Assembly: GCA_017463565.1 (NCBI GenBank)
Contig: JAFTOZ010000004.1
Coordinates: 1-56,839, forward strand
Length of the DNA stretch: 56,839 nt
Reading direction: 5' to 3'
Source of the DNA: Clostridia bacterium
GTDB taxonomy: Bacteria; Bacillota; Clostridia; Christensenellales; CAG-1252
The position numbers were made by a program, and so were the translations under genes. Every line of letters begins with the position of its first letter. Position 1 is the stretch's first letter. The notes beneath the pieces were generated by a model, which did no database searches, had not been told where the DNA came from, and saw only the letters and a program-made list of their open reading frames with translations. Below are positions 18,449 to 27,816 of this stretch, in pieces.

Positions 18449-19039
18449 TTATTCTCTGCCGAATAGGCTCTGCAGAGCAATTTGGCTCCACCCCTCCAAG
18501 GAGTCGTAGACCGAGCGCAATTCCTCTACCGTCATCCAGTCGGCACTCATTTTGTCCGTTTCACGTACGGCGCAATCTTGGTTTGCTACCTCGATGGTAT
18601 AGCAAAGCCCTACGTGCACGGTATTGACGGCGGTGGAGTTGTCGTTGATCAGCCCACGGTAGCGCATAGACAGAATAGGTCCGATATACACTTCCTCGTA
18701 CAATTCACGGAGCAACCCCTCGCCAACGGGGTCTGCCAATCCGTCCTGGTGGTTGATATGACCCCCCACACCGATAGACCTGCGGTCGTGCAGTCTTGCT
18801 TCCGTCTGCTTTTTGGTGCGCTTCGTCACAAACACACGGTCGCCCGAGGTAATCACGCAATAGGCGATCACCTGTTTGAGGGTTTCGTCCGTCTCTGCCT
18901 CATCTCGCCAGGCATAGGTCAGGTTTTCCGCCACCATATCCTTGAAGGATTGTTCGTCTGCGCCCAACAATTGATTGTTCGAAGATCCGTAGGTGCCGTC
19001 CACCAGCACACGGGGTAACACTAAAATAGCCTCACGCAT
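18449..19039 (-). CDS. NUDIX-like hydrolase
   Basis: Nudix-box-like segment GGHINHQDGLADPVGEGLLRELYEEV. Overlaps the helD stop by 8 nt. Confidence 0.55.
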   Translation of the reverse strand: MREAILVLPRVLVDGTYGSSNNQLLGADEQSFKDMVAENLTYAWRDEAETDETLKQVIAYCVITSGDRVFVTKRTKKQTEARLHDRRSIGVGGHINHQDGLADPVGEGLLRELYEEVYIGPILSMRYRGLINDNSTAVNTVHVGLCYTIEVANQDCAVRETDKMSADWMTVEELRSVYDSLEGWSQIALQSLFGRE

Positions 19040-21110
19040 ATTGCACCTCCTGTAGCCACAAACTGGGCTCTCCCTCGTAGAAAAGGCTCAGACTGTGAAG
19101 AGCCCTCGTAGAGGAAATATAGAGCAGGTTTTTGTCCCACGCGCTATGATACAGCTCATTGCTGACGTTGGGCAAAATCACTTGGTCAAACTCAAATCCC
19201 TTGATGGCAATGGCGGTGGTGATAATCACGCCGCCGTGGTAGGGGGTCTCGCCGTCCAGTAGCAGTTGCGGATGCCAATCGGCAAGCTCCTTTTTGAGGG
19301 CGCGTGCCTCGGCTATGGTGCGTGCGATAATAGCGGTGGAGTCAAATCCGCGCTCTTTACCGTGCGCAAGAGCGCGGCGGATATGCGCCAATCTCTCCTC
19401 GTAGGAGGTTGCACCTACCAATTCCACAGGGTCGTCGTGGCGGTCTATTGCCGTAATGCCACCGCCCGAAAAACGGGACGCAAAGTGAGAAATCTCGTAG
19501 CTGGAGCGGTAGCTCGTGTGCAGGTCAATCACGTCGCACTCGCCACCCATCAGCTGATGAATGGTCTCCAATTCCCCAATATTCAAATAGGGGTCGGCAA
19601 TTTGTTGCAAGTCGCCAAGCACCGTCTTGGGGCAGGAGAACAAATGGTTCAGATAGGTGTATTGCGTGGGGGTATAGTCCTGCATTTCGTCCACCACCAA
19701 GTGCTTGATACCGCTAAAGTTGAATTGGGTGCCTTCTACCAAATACTTCATCAGTAGCACGCCAAACACGTCCTCGTAGGGCAGAGGTTTGTCGGGGTCG
19801 GGCAACAGCACCGCCTTTCCGCGGCGATTCAAGGCAGACAGAAAACGGCGGTAGAGGGACAGCACGTCGTAGCGTGTATACATACTCATCACCATCTCCT
19901 GCACGCGTAGCGCCAGTTGGGTGCTCAGCTTAGAGTGGAAAAAGCTCGCCATCTCACGTTGGACGTACTCCACGATTTTGCGCATACGTGCCTGTTGCGG
20001 ATAGTGGGCAAAGCGTTTGAAATAGAGGGATTCAAAGGTAGACTTGGGGCAGGTGTAGCTACCCGCCATAAAATCACGTGGCTTAAAGCAAAGCTTATCC
20101 ACGTTTTTGGCAAAACTTTCCAGATCCTTGGCAAAGGCAGGGTCTGCCTTGACGCGCATACTTGCCACCCTTGCGCCGTCCATGGGTTTGCCGTTATACA
20201 GAGCGTCCAAGTGCTCCGCTCTGCGCTCAAAAGAGCAGATTTTGCGAAGCTCCGCAGCTGCCAAATCTTCCATACTGTATTGTGGCACCATTTCCTCGCC
20301 CAACTCTGGCAACACGTTGCCAATATAGCCGGTAAACGCCTTGTTGGGGGTGATGATCATCACCTCTTTGGCGCGAATGGTACTGCGGCAATGATACAGG
20401 ATATAGGCGATACGGTGCAGGGCAATGGAGGTTTTTCCGCTACCTGCCACACCCTGGATCAACAGATTTTCGCCAAAGGGGTGGCGAATGATTTTATTCT
20501 GTTCCTTTTGGATCGTTGCGGCAATATTGCGCATCAGGGGAGATGCGTTTTTCGACAGTTCCTGCATCAATACCTCGTCCAAAATAGTGGTAGAGGTATC
20601 GATCACGTACTTCATTTCGCCGTTTTCGATTTTATATTGGTACTTGTTGTAGATGGTGCCACGAATAGTACCGCGCGGTGCTACGTACTGCGCCTCGCCC
20701 AAATCGTTATTGTAGTAGAGGTCCGCCACCGGCGCACGCCAGTCGATCACGTAGCTATGCCCTGCGTTGTCGCTCACTTCGCCCAAGCCAATATAGAAAT
20801 TGATACGCTCCTTGGGGTTGGGGCCAAAGTCGATTTTGCCAAAATAAGGAGATGCCGACTGACGGCGCAAGCGGTCTGCCTGCTGGGTGAGCATCACGTA
20901 GCGATCCGAGTTCAACTCGGCGGCGGTCTCCTCGCCTGCCTGCTCGTACTCGTCTACGTTCCCCACGTTTTCCCATATCTCGCGGCGGTGCGCCACCATA
21001 CTGTCGGCCATGGTAGCCCGCTTTTCTTCGATGGCGCGGACGTTATCTTCCAACACCCCCAGCACGCGTTGCAAATAGGCTTTTTCCTTTTGAATGAAGT
21101 CTTGATCCAT
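19032..21110 (-). CDS. helD: UvrD-family helicase IV (HelD-like RNA polymerase recycling ATPase)
   Basis: Part of ORF 19032..21200. Start placed at Met 21110, behind AAGGAGG. Walker A GVAGSGKTS, motif II VVDEMQDY, and YRSS late motif. Confidence 0.8.
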   Translation of the reverse strand: MDQDFIQKEKAYLQRVLGVLEDNVRAIEEKRATMADSMVAHRREIWENVGNVDEYEQAGEETAAELNSDRYVMLTQQADRLRRQSASPYFGKIDFGPNPKERINFYIGLGEVSDNAGHSYVIDWRAPVADLYYNNDLGEAQYVAPRGTIRGTIYNKYQYKIENGEMKYVIDTSTTILDEVLMQELSKNASPLMRNIAATIQKEQNKIIRHPFGENLLIQGVAGSGKTSIALHRIAYILYHCRSTIRAKEVMIITPNKAFTGYIGNVLPELGEEMVPQYSMEDLAAAELRKICSFERRAEHLDALYNGKPMDGARVASMRVKADPAFAKDLESFAKNVDKLCFKPRDFMAGSYTCPKSTFESLYFKRFAHYPQQARMRKIVEYVQREMASFFHSKLSTQLALRVQEMVMSMYTRYDVLSLYRRFLSALNRRGKAVLLPDPDKPLPYEDVFGVLLMKYLVEGTQFNFSGIKHLVVDEMQDYTPTQYTYLNHLFSCPKTVLGDLQQIADPYLNIGELETIHQLMGGECDVIDLHTSYRSSYEISHFASRFSGGGITAIDRHDDPVELVGATSYEERLAHIRRALAHGKERGFDSTAIIARTIAEARALKKELADWHPQLLLDGETPYHGGVIITTAIAIKGFEFDQVILPNVSNELYHSAWDKNLLYISSTRALHSLSLFYEGEPSLWLQEVQYA

Positions 21111-21121
21111 CGCTTCCTCCT

Positions 21122-21913
21122 TTATTCCCGTTGCAGGGTCAGGTCCGCCAGCAACACCAGCGCCAACATATCGCCCGACCCACCCATGGACAGATGGCAA
21201 CGCTCAAAATAGCGGTCGGCGGTGCGTACGTCCTCAATATCGAAGTGCTCGTACAGATACTTGGCAATGGTGCGCGCGTTTTCTGCTAACTCTGCTCCTG
21301 CGCGATAGTATGCGCAACTGTCCTTGAGTTGGCTCATGATATAGAGCAACAGGCGCAACCGTCGGTGCTCTCCCTCCAGTTTGCGGTAGAGCCACAGACC
21401 CTCCGTGAGCCAACGTGCATATCCACAGCGTGCCTCACCCAACGCGCCCTCTACCTGGTAGGACTCGGCAACCCACGCACCGTGGCTATCTCTTTCTCTC
21501 TCTATCCCTTGGGCAAGCGCAGAGATCTGTGCGCTCAGACTCGTGCTATCGATTTCCACTCCCTTGCGATACAGGCGGTAGTAGGCGGTGATATACAACC
21601 CCAACGCCAACACGGTGCCCTTTAGGGCATTCACGCCACCCGTTGCTTGGTACATATCCGCCAGGGCTGCGCGCCCCACCTCTTGCATCACGTGCGACAC
21701 CTGCTCGTCCGTTTTGTCCGCCAAAAACAAACCGGTCTGTCCAAAAGTCACCATATGGGGCGCAACCGCCTCAATGGCTTTTTGCATGGTAGAGTAGTCC
21801 ATATCGGTGTGCGGACCTGCCGTCTCTCTGTCCACCAAGCCGGGTTTCGGGGTGGTATCCAGAGCGGCAAGCATTGCTTTTTTGGCCAAAACGCCCATAT
21901 CAAAGGGATTCAC
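21122..21913 (-). CDS. citG: triphosphoribosyl-dephospho-CoA synthase (CitG/MdcB family)
   Basis: Family motif TPKPGLVDRETAGPHTDMDY. I place the start at GTG 21913, 5 nt after AAAGGAGG. The ATG at 21961 abuts a TATAAT box, and the ORF-track start at 22042 lies inside a terminator. Confidence 0.7.
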   Translation of the reverse strand: MNPFDMGVLAKKAMLAALDTTPKPGLVDRETAGPHTDMDYSTMQKAIEAVAPHMVTFGQTGLFLADKTDEQVSHVMQEVGRAALADMYQATGGVNALKGTVLALGLYITAYYRLYRKGVEIDSTSLSAQISALAQGIERERDSHGAWVAESYQVEGALGEARCGYARWLTEGLWLYRKLEGEHRRLRLLLYIMSQLKDSCAYYRAGAELAENARTIAKYLYEHFDIEDVRTADRYFERCHLSMGGSGDMLALVLLADLTLQRE

Positions 21914-21962
21914 GTTGCCTCCTTTGCGCGCATACGCGCGAATAACGCCAATTGTGTCCATG

Positions 21963-21991
21963 ATTATACCATATTTCGTCGCTTTTTGCAA
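21963..21991 (-). promoter_or_regulatory. sigma-A-type promoter for citG-helD-NUDIX
   Basis: On the minus strand: TTGCAA (21991..21986), 17-nt spacer, TATAAT (21968..21963). Confidence 0.5.
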
Positions 21992-22020
21992 GCCCCCACT
22001 TTTGGGGCGGTTTTCGCAAC

Positions 22021-22042
22021 AAAAAATGCCCACGAGGGGCAT
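22021..22042 (-). terminator. rho-independent terminator ending the aro operon
   Basis: On the minus strand, ATGCCC-loop-GGGCAT followed by T5, 14 nt past the stop at 22056. Confidence 0.6.
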
Positions 22043-22055
22043 TTGGTCGGTTTGA

Positions 22056-22526
22056 TTATTCTGCGGTTATCGGTGGCGTGCCCGGTGCCTGCAAGTCGGC
22101 AAGTTTGGCATAGAGTAAAGCCACGATATCTTCGTCCGTATAGAGCGTTTGCACCAATTGTTCCATGGGGCACAGGCCGTCCCCTCTGCGGTTTTGGATA
22201 TAGGGCACGCACCGCTCGTAGCTTGTTTGAATGCCCTTCTCCTGCAACCACAGTAGCGCAGGTTGGCTCAGGGTGAGTGCGTGGCAAGCCACTACGCCTG
22301 CTCGGCTCATCACCATAGCGGCGGCTTTGCCCACCACCTTGTCTACGACGGTAGCACCAGCCAACGCGTCGCGTGCATACAGGCGCAAAATAGGCGCAAC
22401 CCCTCTGCCGCTTTCCTCGTAGGTCGTACCGTTGGGGAGAATGGCAATGCAAGCCGCCTCGTCCTTGCGGATACGCATAGTGGCTGCAAGAATAGCATCT
22501 TCCTTTTTGGTGTCTACGCTACTCAT
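22056..22526 (-). CDS. DUF1893-like protein
   Basis: 156-aa ORF in an ATGA overlap with the upstream AKR gene. Contains the segment VVDKVVGKAAAMV. The family assignment is from memory only. Confidence 0.5.
   Translation of the reverse strand: MSSVDTKKEDAILAATMRIRKDEAACIAILPNGTTYEESGRGVAPILRLYARDALAGATVVDKVVGKAAAMVMSRAGVVACHALTLSQPALLWLQEKGIQTSYERCVPYIQNRRGDGLCPMEQLVQTLYTDEDIVALLYAKLADLQAPGTPPITAE
22075..22097 (+). repeat. exact remote copy of the 23-nt element seen at 13510
   Basis: GGCGTGCCCGGTGCCTGCAAGTC, 23/23 identical to 13510..13532 and in the same orientation. Embedded in the last 14 codons of the minus-strand CDS. Confidence 0.9.
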
Positions 22527-23653
22527 TTTCTACTAAGATTTATCGCCAGTTTAGGCATCACCTCAGAGATGGCAATACCCTGCGGACAGGCGCGCTCACA
22601 ACTGCGGCACCCTACGCATTGCTCTGGGGGCAGAGTGCCCTCCTCCAATTCGGGCAGGGGATTTCCCTCTTTCGCCGCCTTTCTGCGGTCGTTATACAAC
22701 TTGATTAACACGGGAATAGACAATCCCATCGGACACTTGGGCAAGCAATACTCACACGCAGTACAAGGCACGTCCATACGTCCTCGCATATCCTCGGCAA
22801 TCTCCATTAATACCTCATTTTCTCGTGCAATCAGGGGTTTTTCTTCTTGGTAGGTAGCGATATTAGCCGCTAACTGTTCCATGTTGGACATGCCGGAGAG
22901 GGTCATCACCACGCCGGGCACCGACTGCAAATAGCGAAACGCCCACTCGGGCGCATCAATCTCGGGGCGCAGGAGAGACAGTCTCTCCATATAGCCGTCT
23001 TCCAGCTTGGCAAGTCTACCGCCACGCACAGGCTCCATCACCCAAATGGGAATGTTCATTTCGTTCAAAAGCGCCACCTTTGCCTTTGCGTCCTGCAGCT
23101 CCCAATCCAGATAGTTCAGCTGAATCTGGCAGAATTCAATATCCTTGCCGTATGCAGACAAAAACTTTTTCATCGTCTCCATACTGCCGTGGATAGAAAA
23201 GCCCAGATGACGAATGCGACCGCGTCGCTTTTGCTCCATCAGATAGGCGTGAATGCCGTATGCAGGATTCAAATAGCCGTCCACGTTGTCCTCGCAAACG
23301 CAATGGAACAGATAGAAGTCAAAGTATTCCACCCGACATTTTTCCAACTGCTTTTCAAAGATTTCCTCTACGTGGGTCATGTTGTACTCGCTAAACCCGG
23401 GGAATTTGGTTGCCAAATAGAAACTGTCGCGCGGATAGTCCGCCAGCGCCTCGCCGATAGCCAATTCCGAATTGCCACGGTGATAGCCCCAAGCGGTATC
23501 GTAGTAATTGATCCCGTTTGCCATGGCGTAGGCCACCATTTGTTTGGTTTGCGCCATATCGATCTTTGCGTTATCTCCGTCTACCACGGGCAAGCGCATC
23601 GTGCCCAAGCCAAGCGCAGAGAGTTTTTTATCCTGAAAGGTTTTGTAAATCAT
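22523..23653 (-). CDS. aldo/keto reductase with C-terminal 4Fe-4S binding domain
   Basis: AKR N-terminus LGLGTMRLP and Y/K/H core. C-terminal CTACEYCLPKCP and CVGCRSCERACP cluster motifs. Confidence 0.8.
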   Translation of the reverse strand: MIYKTFQDKKLSALGLGTMRLPVVDGDNAKIDMAQTKQMVAYAMANGINYYDTAWGYHRGNSELAIGEALADYPRDSFYLATKFPGFSEYNMTHVEEIFEKQLEKCRVEYFDFYLFHCVCEDNVDGYLNPAYGIHAYLMEQKRRGRIRHLGFSIHGSMETMKKFLSAYGKDIEFCQIQLNYLDWELQDAKAKVALLNEMNIPIWVMEPVRGGRLAKLEDGYMERLSLLRPEIDAPEWAFRYLQSVPGVVMTLSGMSNMEQLAANIATYQEEKPLIARENEVLMEIAEDMRGRMDVPCTACEYCLPKCPMGLSIPVLIKLYNDRRKAAKEGNPLPELEEGTLPPEQCVGCRSCERACPQGIAISEVMPKLAINLSRK

Positions 23654-24090
23654 AGAAGATCTCCTTGCGTATTTGCCAAATAGTCCAAGGCGTCCAAATA
23701 ACTTTGAATTCCCTTACCGCAGAAGCAGACGGGGGTATATTCACGGACGTAACTAATATGCCGATAGGGCTCACGCTCGCTTGGCGCGGACAAATGCACC
23801 TCAACGGTGGGCAGACCGACCGCGCGCAAAGCGTCCAAAATGGCGATTGAGGTATGGGTATAGGCGGCGGCGTTGAGCACCAACGCATCGTAGCGTCCGT
23901 ACGCTTGCTGAATGGTATCCACCAACACGCCCTCGTGGTTGGACTGTACCACCTCTACCGTTTGCCCAAGCTTTTGTCCGTGCGCCACCACTTGCGCCAC
24001 CAACTGCCCGTAGGTAGCGGTGCCGTAGATGGCAGGCTCACGTATGCCCAACAGATTCAAATTGGGTCCGTTAATCACTAATATTTTCAT
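23650..24090 (-). CDS. aroQ: type II 3-dehydroquinate dehydratase
   Basis: MKILVINGPNLNLLGIREPAIYG and QSNHEG motifs. Confidence 0.9.
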   Translation of the reverse strand: MKILVINGPNLNLLGIREPAIYGTATYGQLVAQVVAHGQKLGQTVEVVQSNHEGVLVDTIQQAYGRYDALVLNAAAYTHTSIAILDALRAVGLPTVEVHLSAPSEREPYRHISYVREYTPVCFCGKGIQSYLDALDYLANTQGDLL

Positions 24091-26587
24091 CTATACTCTC
24101 CAGAGCCAAAATGGCCTCTTCCAGATTGATATTGTCTATTTGCAAGTCGCAGATTTCTCGATACAGCGGATAGCGTTCCTTTTGTAGTGTTTCCACACCG
24201 CGCGCTTGGCTAATTGGACGGTTATCCACACTGAGTGCCTCTATGGGGCGGGTGATCCAAACCACCTTGCCCGATTGCGCCAATCTTTGCATAGAGGGGC
24301 ATAGCACGCTACCGCCACCTGTGGCAACCACCTGACCGCCAGATCGGGCAACCTTTTCCAGTACCGCATTTTCTATGGCGCGGAAATATCCCTCTCCATA
24401 CTCACGGATAAGGGCAGACGGACTGCCGTAGTCCCTTTCTATCAGCCCGTCCACGTCTACCAATTTGCGCCCCGTCCTTTGGGCAAGGGCAGCGGCAAGG
24501 GTACTTTTGCCACAAGAGGGCATACCCACAAGCACCAAATTGCTCGCCTGCTTTTGCACCTTTCGATAGACGGCAACCTCGTCCACGTCCTGCACGCCCC
24601 AAATCCTTGCGCTCTCGGCCGCTTGTGCAACCAGCATAAACAGACCGCCCACCGCCCGAATGCCCTTTTGCTTAGCACGCAAAATCAAGCTTGTTTTGAG
24701 GGGACGGTAAACGAGGTCTACCACCGCACCAAGCCGTGGCAATTTGTCGAGGTCTATCACACACCCCTCGTAGTCGGGCGCCATACCCACGGGCGTGGCG
24801 TTTATCAATACCTCTGCGTGGGCGTAGCGTGCCACTTCCTCATAGCTAACCGTGCCCTCGCTTGGGGTGCGGCTTAGCACCAACACCTCTTTTGCGCCCA
24901 AATCCTTGCACACCGCCTGCGCCGTGCGTGACACACCGCCCGAGCCACAGATTGCCACCGTGCGGTCGCAAACGGAGATACCGTAGTGCGCCAAGCTTGC
25001 ACGCAGACCGTAATAGTCGGTATTATAGCCCTTGTAGCCCTTTTCGGTGCGTACCACGGTGTTTACCGCGCCGATACGCGCGGCGAGGGGATCAATCTCT
25101 GCCAAATAGGGCAGAATAGCCTGCTTATAGGGCATCGTCACGTTAAAGCCCTGCAAGCGCACACCTCGGATCCAAGCGTCAAAGTCTTGCTCCTTGACCT
25201 CAATCGGCATATAAACAAGACCCCACTCGCGGTGGATCAAAGGGGAGAAGCTTGCGCCTATCTGACTACCCACCAAGCCGTAAGAGGCTTGTTGGATTTG
25301 TCTGCCTGCGCCAATGATACTCTCTGCTACCGAAGTGTAGAGTTGGTCGTAGGGGGCTTGCAGTTTTGCCTGTTGCCGTGACAGAACCTCCGCCTCACGT
25401 TGGGGCGCCACAACGGGCAATCCCTCTATGGTTTTTTGCACGCCAACCTCTCCGCAAAGGCGCATTCTCTCGCTGAACAAACGGGCCAGTTGATCGTCTA
25501 TGCGGTCGATATCCGTGCGCAAGGATTCCAAAGTAGCGGTAGGGGCTTTCTTTGCCGTGGCGCTTTCTTGGCGCAAAAACTCGTTCCACAGTCCAATAGC
25601 CACCGCAGACAGTAGGGCAAAGCGTGCTCTTGGCACGATACAAGCATCGTGGCGACCCTCTACGGTCAGTTCCACTTCTTCCATGGTTTGTAGATTCACC
25701 GAAAGTTGCGGTAGCCCAATAGAGGGGGTTGGCCGTAGCGCCACACGCACCGTCAAAGGCATACCGTTTGTCAATCCGCCGTTCAACCCACCGCTATGAT
25801 TGGTGAGGGTTTGGATTTTGCCGTCACGCACCGCAATGGGGTCGTTTGCATCGCTACCACGCATGGTAGATAGCGCAAAACCGCTCCCAAAGGATACCCC
25901 TTTCACACCCGGTACGGCAAACAGTAGCGAAGACAGCACACTCTCCAATCCCTCTGCCGAGGGGCCGCCAAGTCCCACGGGGAGTCCCTCTGCAACGAGG
26001 GTAACGGCACCGCCCACGCTATCCTTCTGCTCGCAGGCCAAGGCAATTTCCGCCTGCATTTTCTCTGCAATGCCGGCCTCTTTTGGCCAGCCGTTTTCTC
26101 CAAACTCGTTGCCGTGGTAGCATACCGTTCCCACGGTATCAATCCCTGCCGAGAGTCGCACGCCACGCTTTTCCAGCTCGCAAAGGGCAATACCCCCGGC
26201 AATGCACAAAGGTGCGGTCATGCGCCCCGAAAAAGGACCGCCACCCACCGTGGGGTAGCGCCCATAGGCAGGATAATCTGCGTGTGAGGGGCGAGGAATA
26301 TGGGCAAATGCTTCGTAGTCACGGCTTTTGGCGGCGCGGTTTTGCAACCAACCCTCTACTGCGCCCACTACGTAGCCTTGCGCCGACAGACCAACCCAAC
26401 GAATATCGTCCTGCTCCACACGCTTGGTTGCGCCCACACCTTGCGGACGGCGCGCGTGCAAAAACCTCTGCACCCACGCAGTGTCCACCCGTGTGCCGAG
26501 GGGAATCCCCTCAATGCGCACGCCAATCTGCGCCTCGTGCGAGGCCCCCAGCAGGGTAATATGGAGTTGATCTTGTATCAGTCGCAT
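24071..26587 (-). CDS. aroC: four-domain fusion: chorismate synthase, chorismate mutase (AroQ class), shikimate dehydrogenase, shikimate kinase
   Basis: Part of ORF 24071..26746. Start placed at Met 26587 (10-nt overlap with aroA). AroC-like RPSHADY and GRHDACIV. CM-like LESLRTDIDRIDDQLARLFSERM. AroE-like SFSPLIH, NVTMPYK, AVNTV and YNTDY. AroK Walker A GMPSCGKST. Confidence 0.85.
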   Translation of the reverse strand: MRLIQDQLHITLLGASHEAQIGVRIEGIPLGTRVDTAWVQRFLHARRPQGVGATKRVEQDDIRWVGLSAQGYVVGAVEGWLQNRAAKSRDYEAFAHIPRPSHADYPAYGRYPTVGGGPFSGRMTAPLCIAGGIALCELEKRGVRLSAGIDTVGTVCYHGNEFGENGWPKEAGIAEKMQAEIALACEQKDSVGGAVTLVAEGLPVGLGGPSAEGLESVLSSLLFAVPGVKGVSFGSGFALSTMRGSDANDPIAVRDGKIQTLTNHSGGLNGGLTNGMPLTVRVALRPTPSIGLPQLSVNLQTMEEVELTVEGRHDACIVPRARFALLSAVAIGLWNEFLRQESATAKKAPTATLESLRTDIDRIDDQLARLFSERMRLCGEVGVQKTIEGLPVVAPQREAEVLSRQQAKLQAPYDQLYTSVAESIIGAGRQIQQASYGLVGSQIGASFSPLIHREWGLVYMPIEVKEQDFDAWIRGVRLQGFNVTMPYKQAILPYLAEIDPLAARIGAVNTVVRTEKGYKGYNTDYYGLRASLAHYGISVCDRTVAICGSGGVSRTAQAVCKDLGAKEVLVLSRTPSEGTVSYEEVARYAHAEVLINATPVGMAPDYEGCVIDLDKLPRLGAVVDLVYRPLKTSLILRAKQKGIRAVGGLFMLVAQAAESARIWGVQDVDEVAVYRKVQKQASNLVLVGMPSCGKSTLAAALAQRTGRKLVDVDGLIERDYGSPSALIREYGEGYFRAIENAVLEKVARSGGQVVATGGGSVLCPSMQRLAQSGKVVWITRPIEALSVDNRPISQARGVETLQKERYPLYREICDLQIDNINLEEAILALESIDENISD

Positions 26588-27816
26588 AGTTTGCCTCCCA
26601 ATGCCTGATAATCTTTCCAAAAGTCGGGGTAGGATTTTGCCACCGCCGACGGAGTTGTCAGCGAGCCACCCACGCAGGATAGTGCCACGGCGCCTGCCAT
26701 CACCAATCGGTGATCCTGCCTGCCACGTAGGGTAGCCCCTCTCCAAGCGCCACCGTGCACCACCAGTTTTCCCTCTTGGAGCAGATAGGATACACCCAAT
26801 CCGTCCAACATATCCAATACGCCACGTAGGCGATCACTTTCCTTGTAAGCCAATCCCTCCAACCCCGTCAGGGTCGAGGTGCCCTCTGCGGCGGCGCACA
26901 CCACCGCCATAATGGGGAACAGGTCCGGATTCTCTGCGAAATCAAAACGACCTGCCACCAACGCTTGTCGGCACAGGCAAAGCACGTCCCCCTCGTGCGC
27001 GTGTTGCCACTCTACCTTTGCGCCCATCTGCCCAAGCCAGGTTTCCACAATGCTATCCGGTTGCAAGGACTCTCTACGTAGACCAAGCAGGCGCACTTCG
27101 CCACGCATTGCAGCCCAACCCAACCAAAAGGCGGCGGCGCTCCAATCTGCCTCAAGAGAAACCTCTCCCGAGCGGTAGACGGCAGGCATAATTCGATAGC
27201 CGTTTGGGGTAGGGACTACCTCTACACCGTGGCTTGCCATTTGTGCCAAGGTCATCTCTACGTATCCGCTACTGACCCCGCGCGAGCAGCATATCTCGGA
27301 GGGAGCGGAAAGCAAAGGCAGCGCCATCAATAGCCCCGACAGATACTGCGAGGTTTTTGCCGTTTCCACGTGAAACATACCGGGTTGTAGTTTGCCCTCC
27401 AGGTGCCAACACCGCTCGGTGCCACGTACACGGTAGCCGTGCGCAACCAGGGTTTCCACCAACGGCGCGTGCGGACGGGCCGCCAACTGTGCGCCCAAGC
27501 GCAACTCTCCCTGCCAACCAACTGCCGCCAAAAGGGGGAGTCCCATTCGCAGCGAGGTCGCAGAAGCACGCACCTGCACGCGCTTTGTAGGCTTGCTTGG
27601 AAACAGGCGCAACACGCCGTCTCTATAGCGGTGCGCCATACCCAGCGCCCCCAATACGGACAGGGTGTCCTTGGCGTCCGCAGAAAGGCTATCGAGAGGC
27701 AAACTCTTTTCCTCACCCACAAGAGCCAAGGCAAACAGCGTGCGGTGCAGGATAGATTTAGATACGGGGGGTCGCACCCTACCCGAGGGCGTGGCGGCTA
27801 AAACGGATAGCGGCAT
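26578..27816 (-). CDS. aroA: 3-phosphoshikimate 1-carboxyvinyltransferase (EPSP synthase)
   Basis: PPVSKSILHRTLFALAL N-terminal motif and ESDRL late motif. GAGGAGG RBS. Confidence 0.85.
   Translation of the reverse strand: MPLSVLAATPSGRVRPPVSKSILHRTLFALALVGEEKSLPLDSLSADAKDTLSVLGALGMAHRYRDGVLRLFPSKPTKRVQVRASATSLRMGLPLLAAVGWQGELRLGAQLAARPHAPLVETLVAHGYRVRGTERCWHLEGKLQPGMFHVETAKTSQYLSGLLMALPLLSAPSEICCSRGVSSGYVEMTLAQMASHGVEVVPTPNGYRIMPAVYRSGEVSLEADWSAAAFWLGWAAMRGEVRLLGLRRESLQPDSIVETWLGQMGAKVEWQHAHEGDVLCLCRQALVAGRFDFAENPDLFPIMAVVCAAAEGTSTLTGLEGLAYKESDRLRGVLDMLDGLGVSYLLQEGKLVVHGGAWRGATLRGRQDHRLVMAGAVALSCVGGSLTTPSAVAKSYPDFWKDYQALGGKLCD

Noticed and set aside
19917-21212. 431-aa plus-strand ORF antisense to helD. 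The same situation applies to 34679..36409 (antisense to the M32 peptidase), 41384..43375 (antisense to metG), 45602..47182 (antisense to lysS), 52307..53377 (antisense to gap) and 53394..54737 (antisense to Ldh_2).
   Set aside because: In every case the opposite strand encodes a protein with several textbook motifs. The antisense frames are stop-free only because of codon bias.
26588-26746. N-terminal extensions in the ORF track, for example 53 extra codons on the aroC fusion, 60 on aroB (28788..28967) and 122 on Ldh_2 (54720..55085).
   Set aside because: The extensions are Arg/Gly-rich, overlap the upstream gene, and lack an RBS. Internal Mets have good RBSs or ATGA-type coupling and match canonical protein N-termini.
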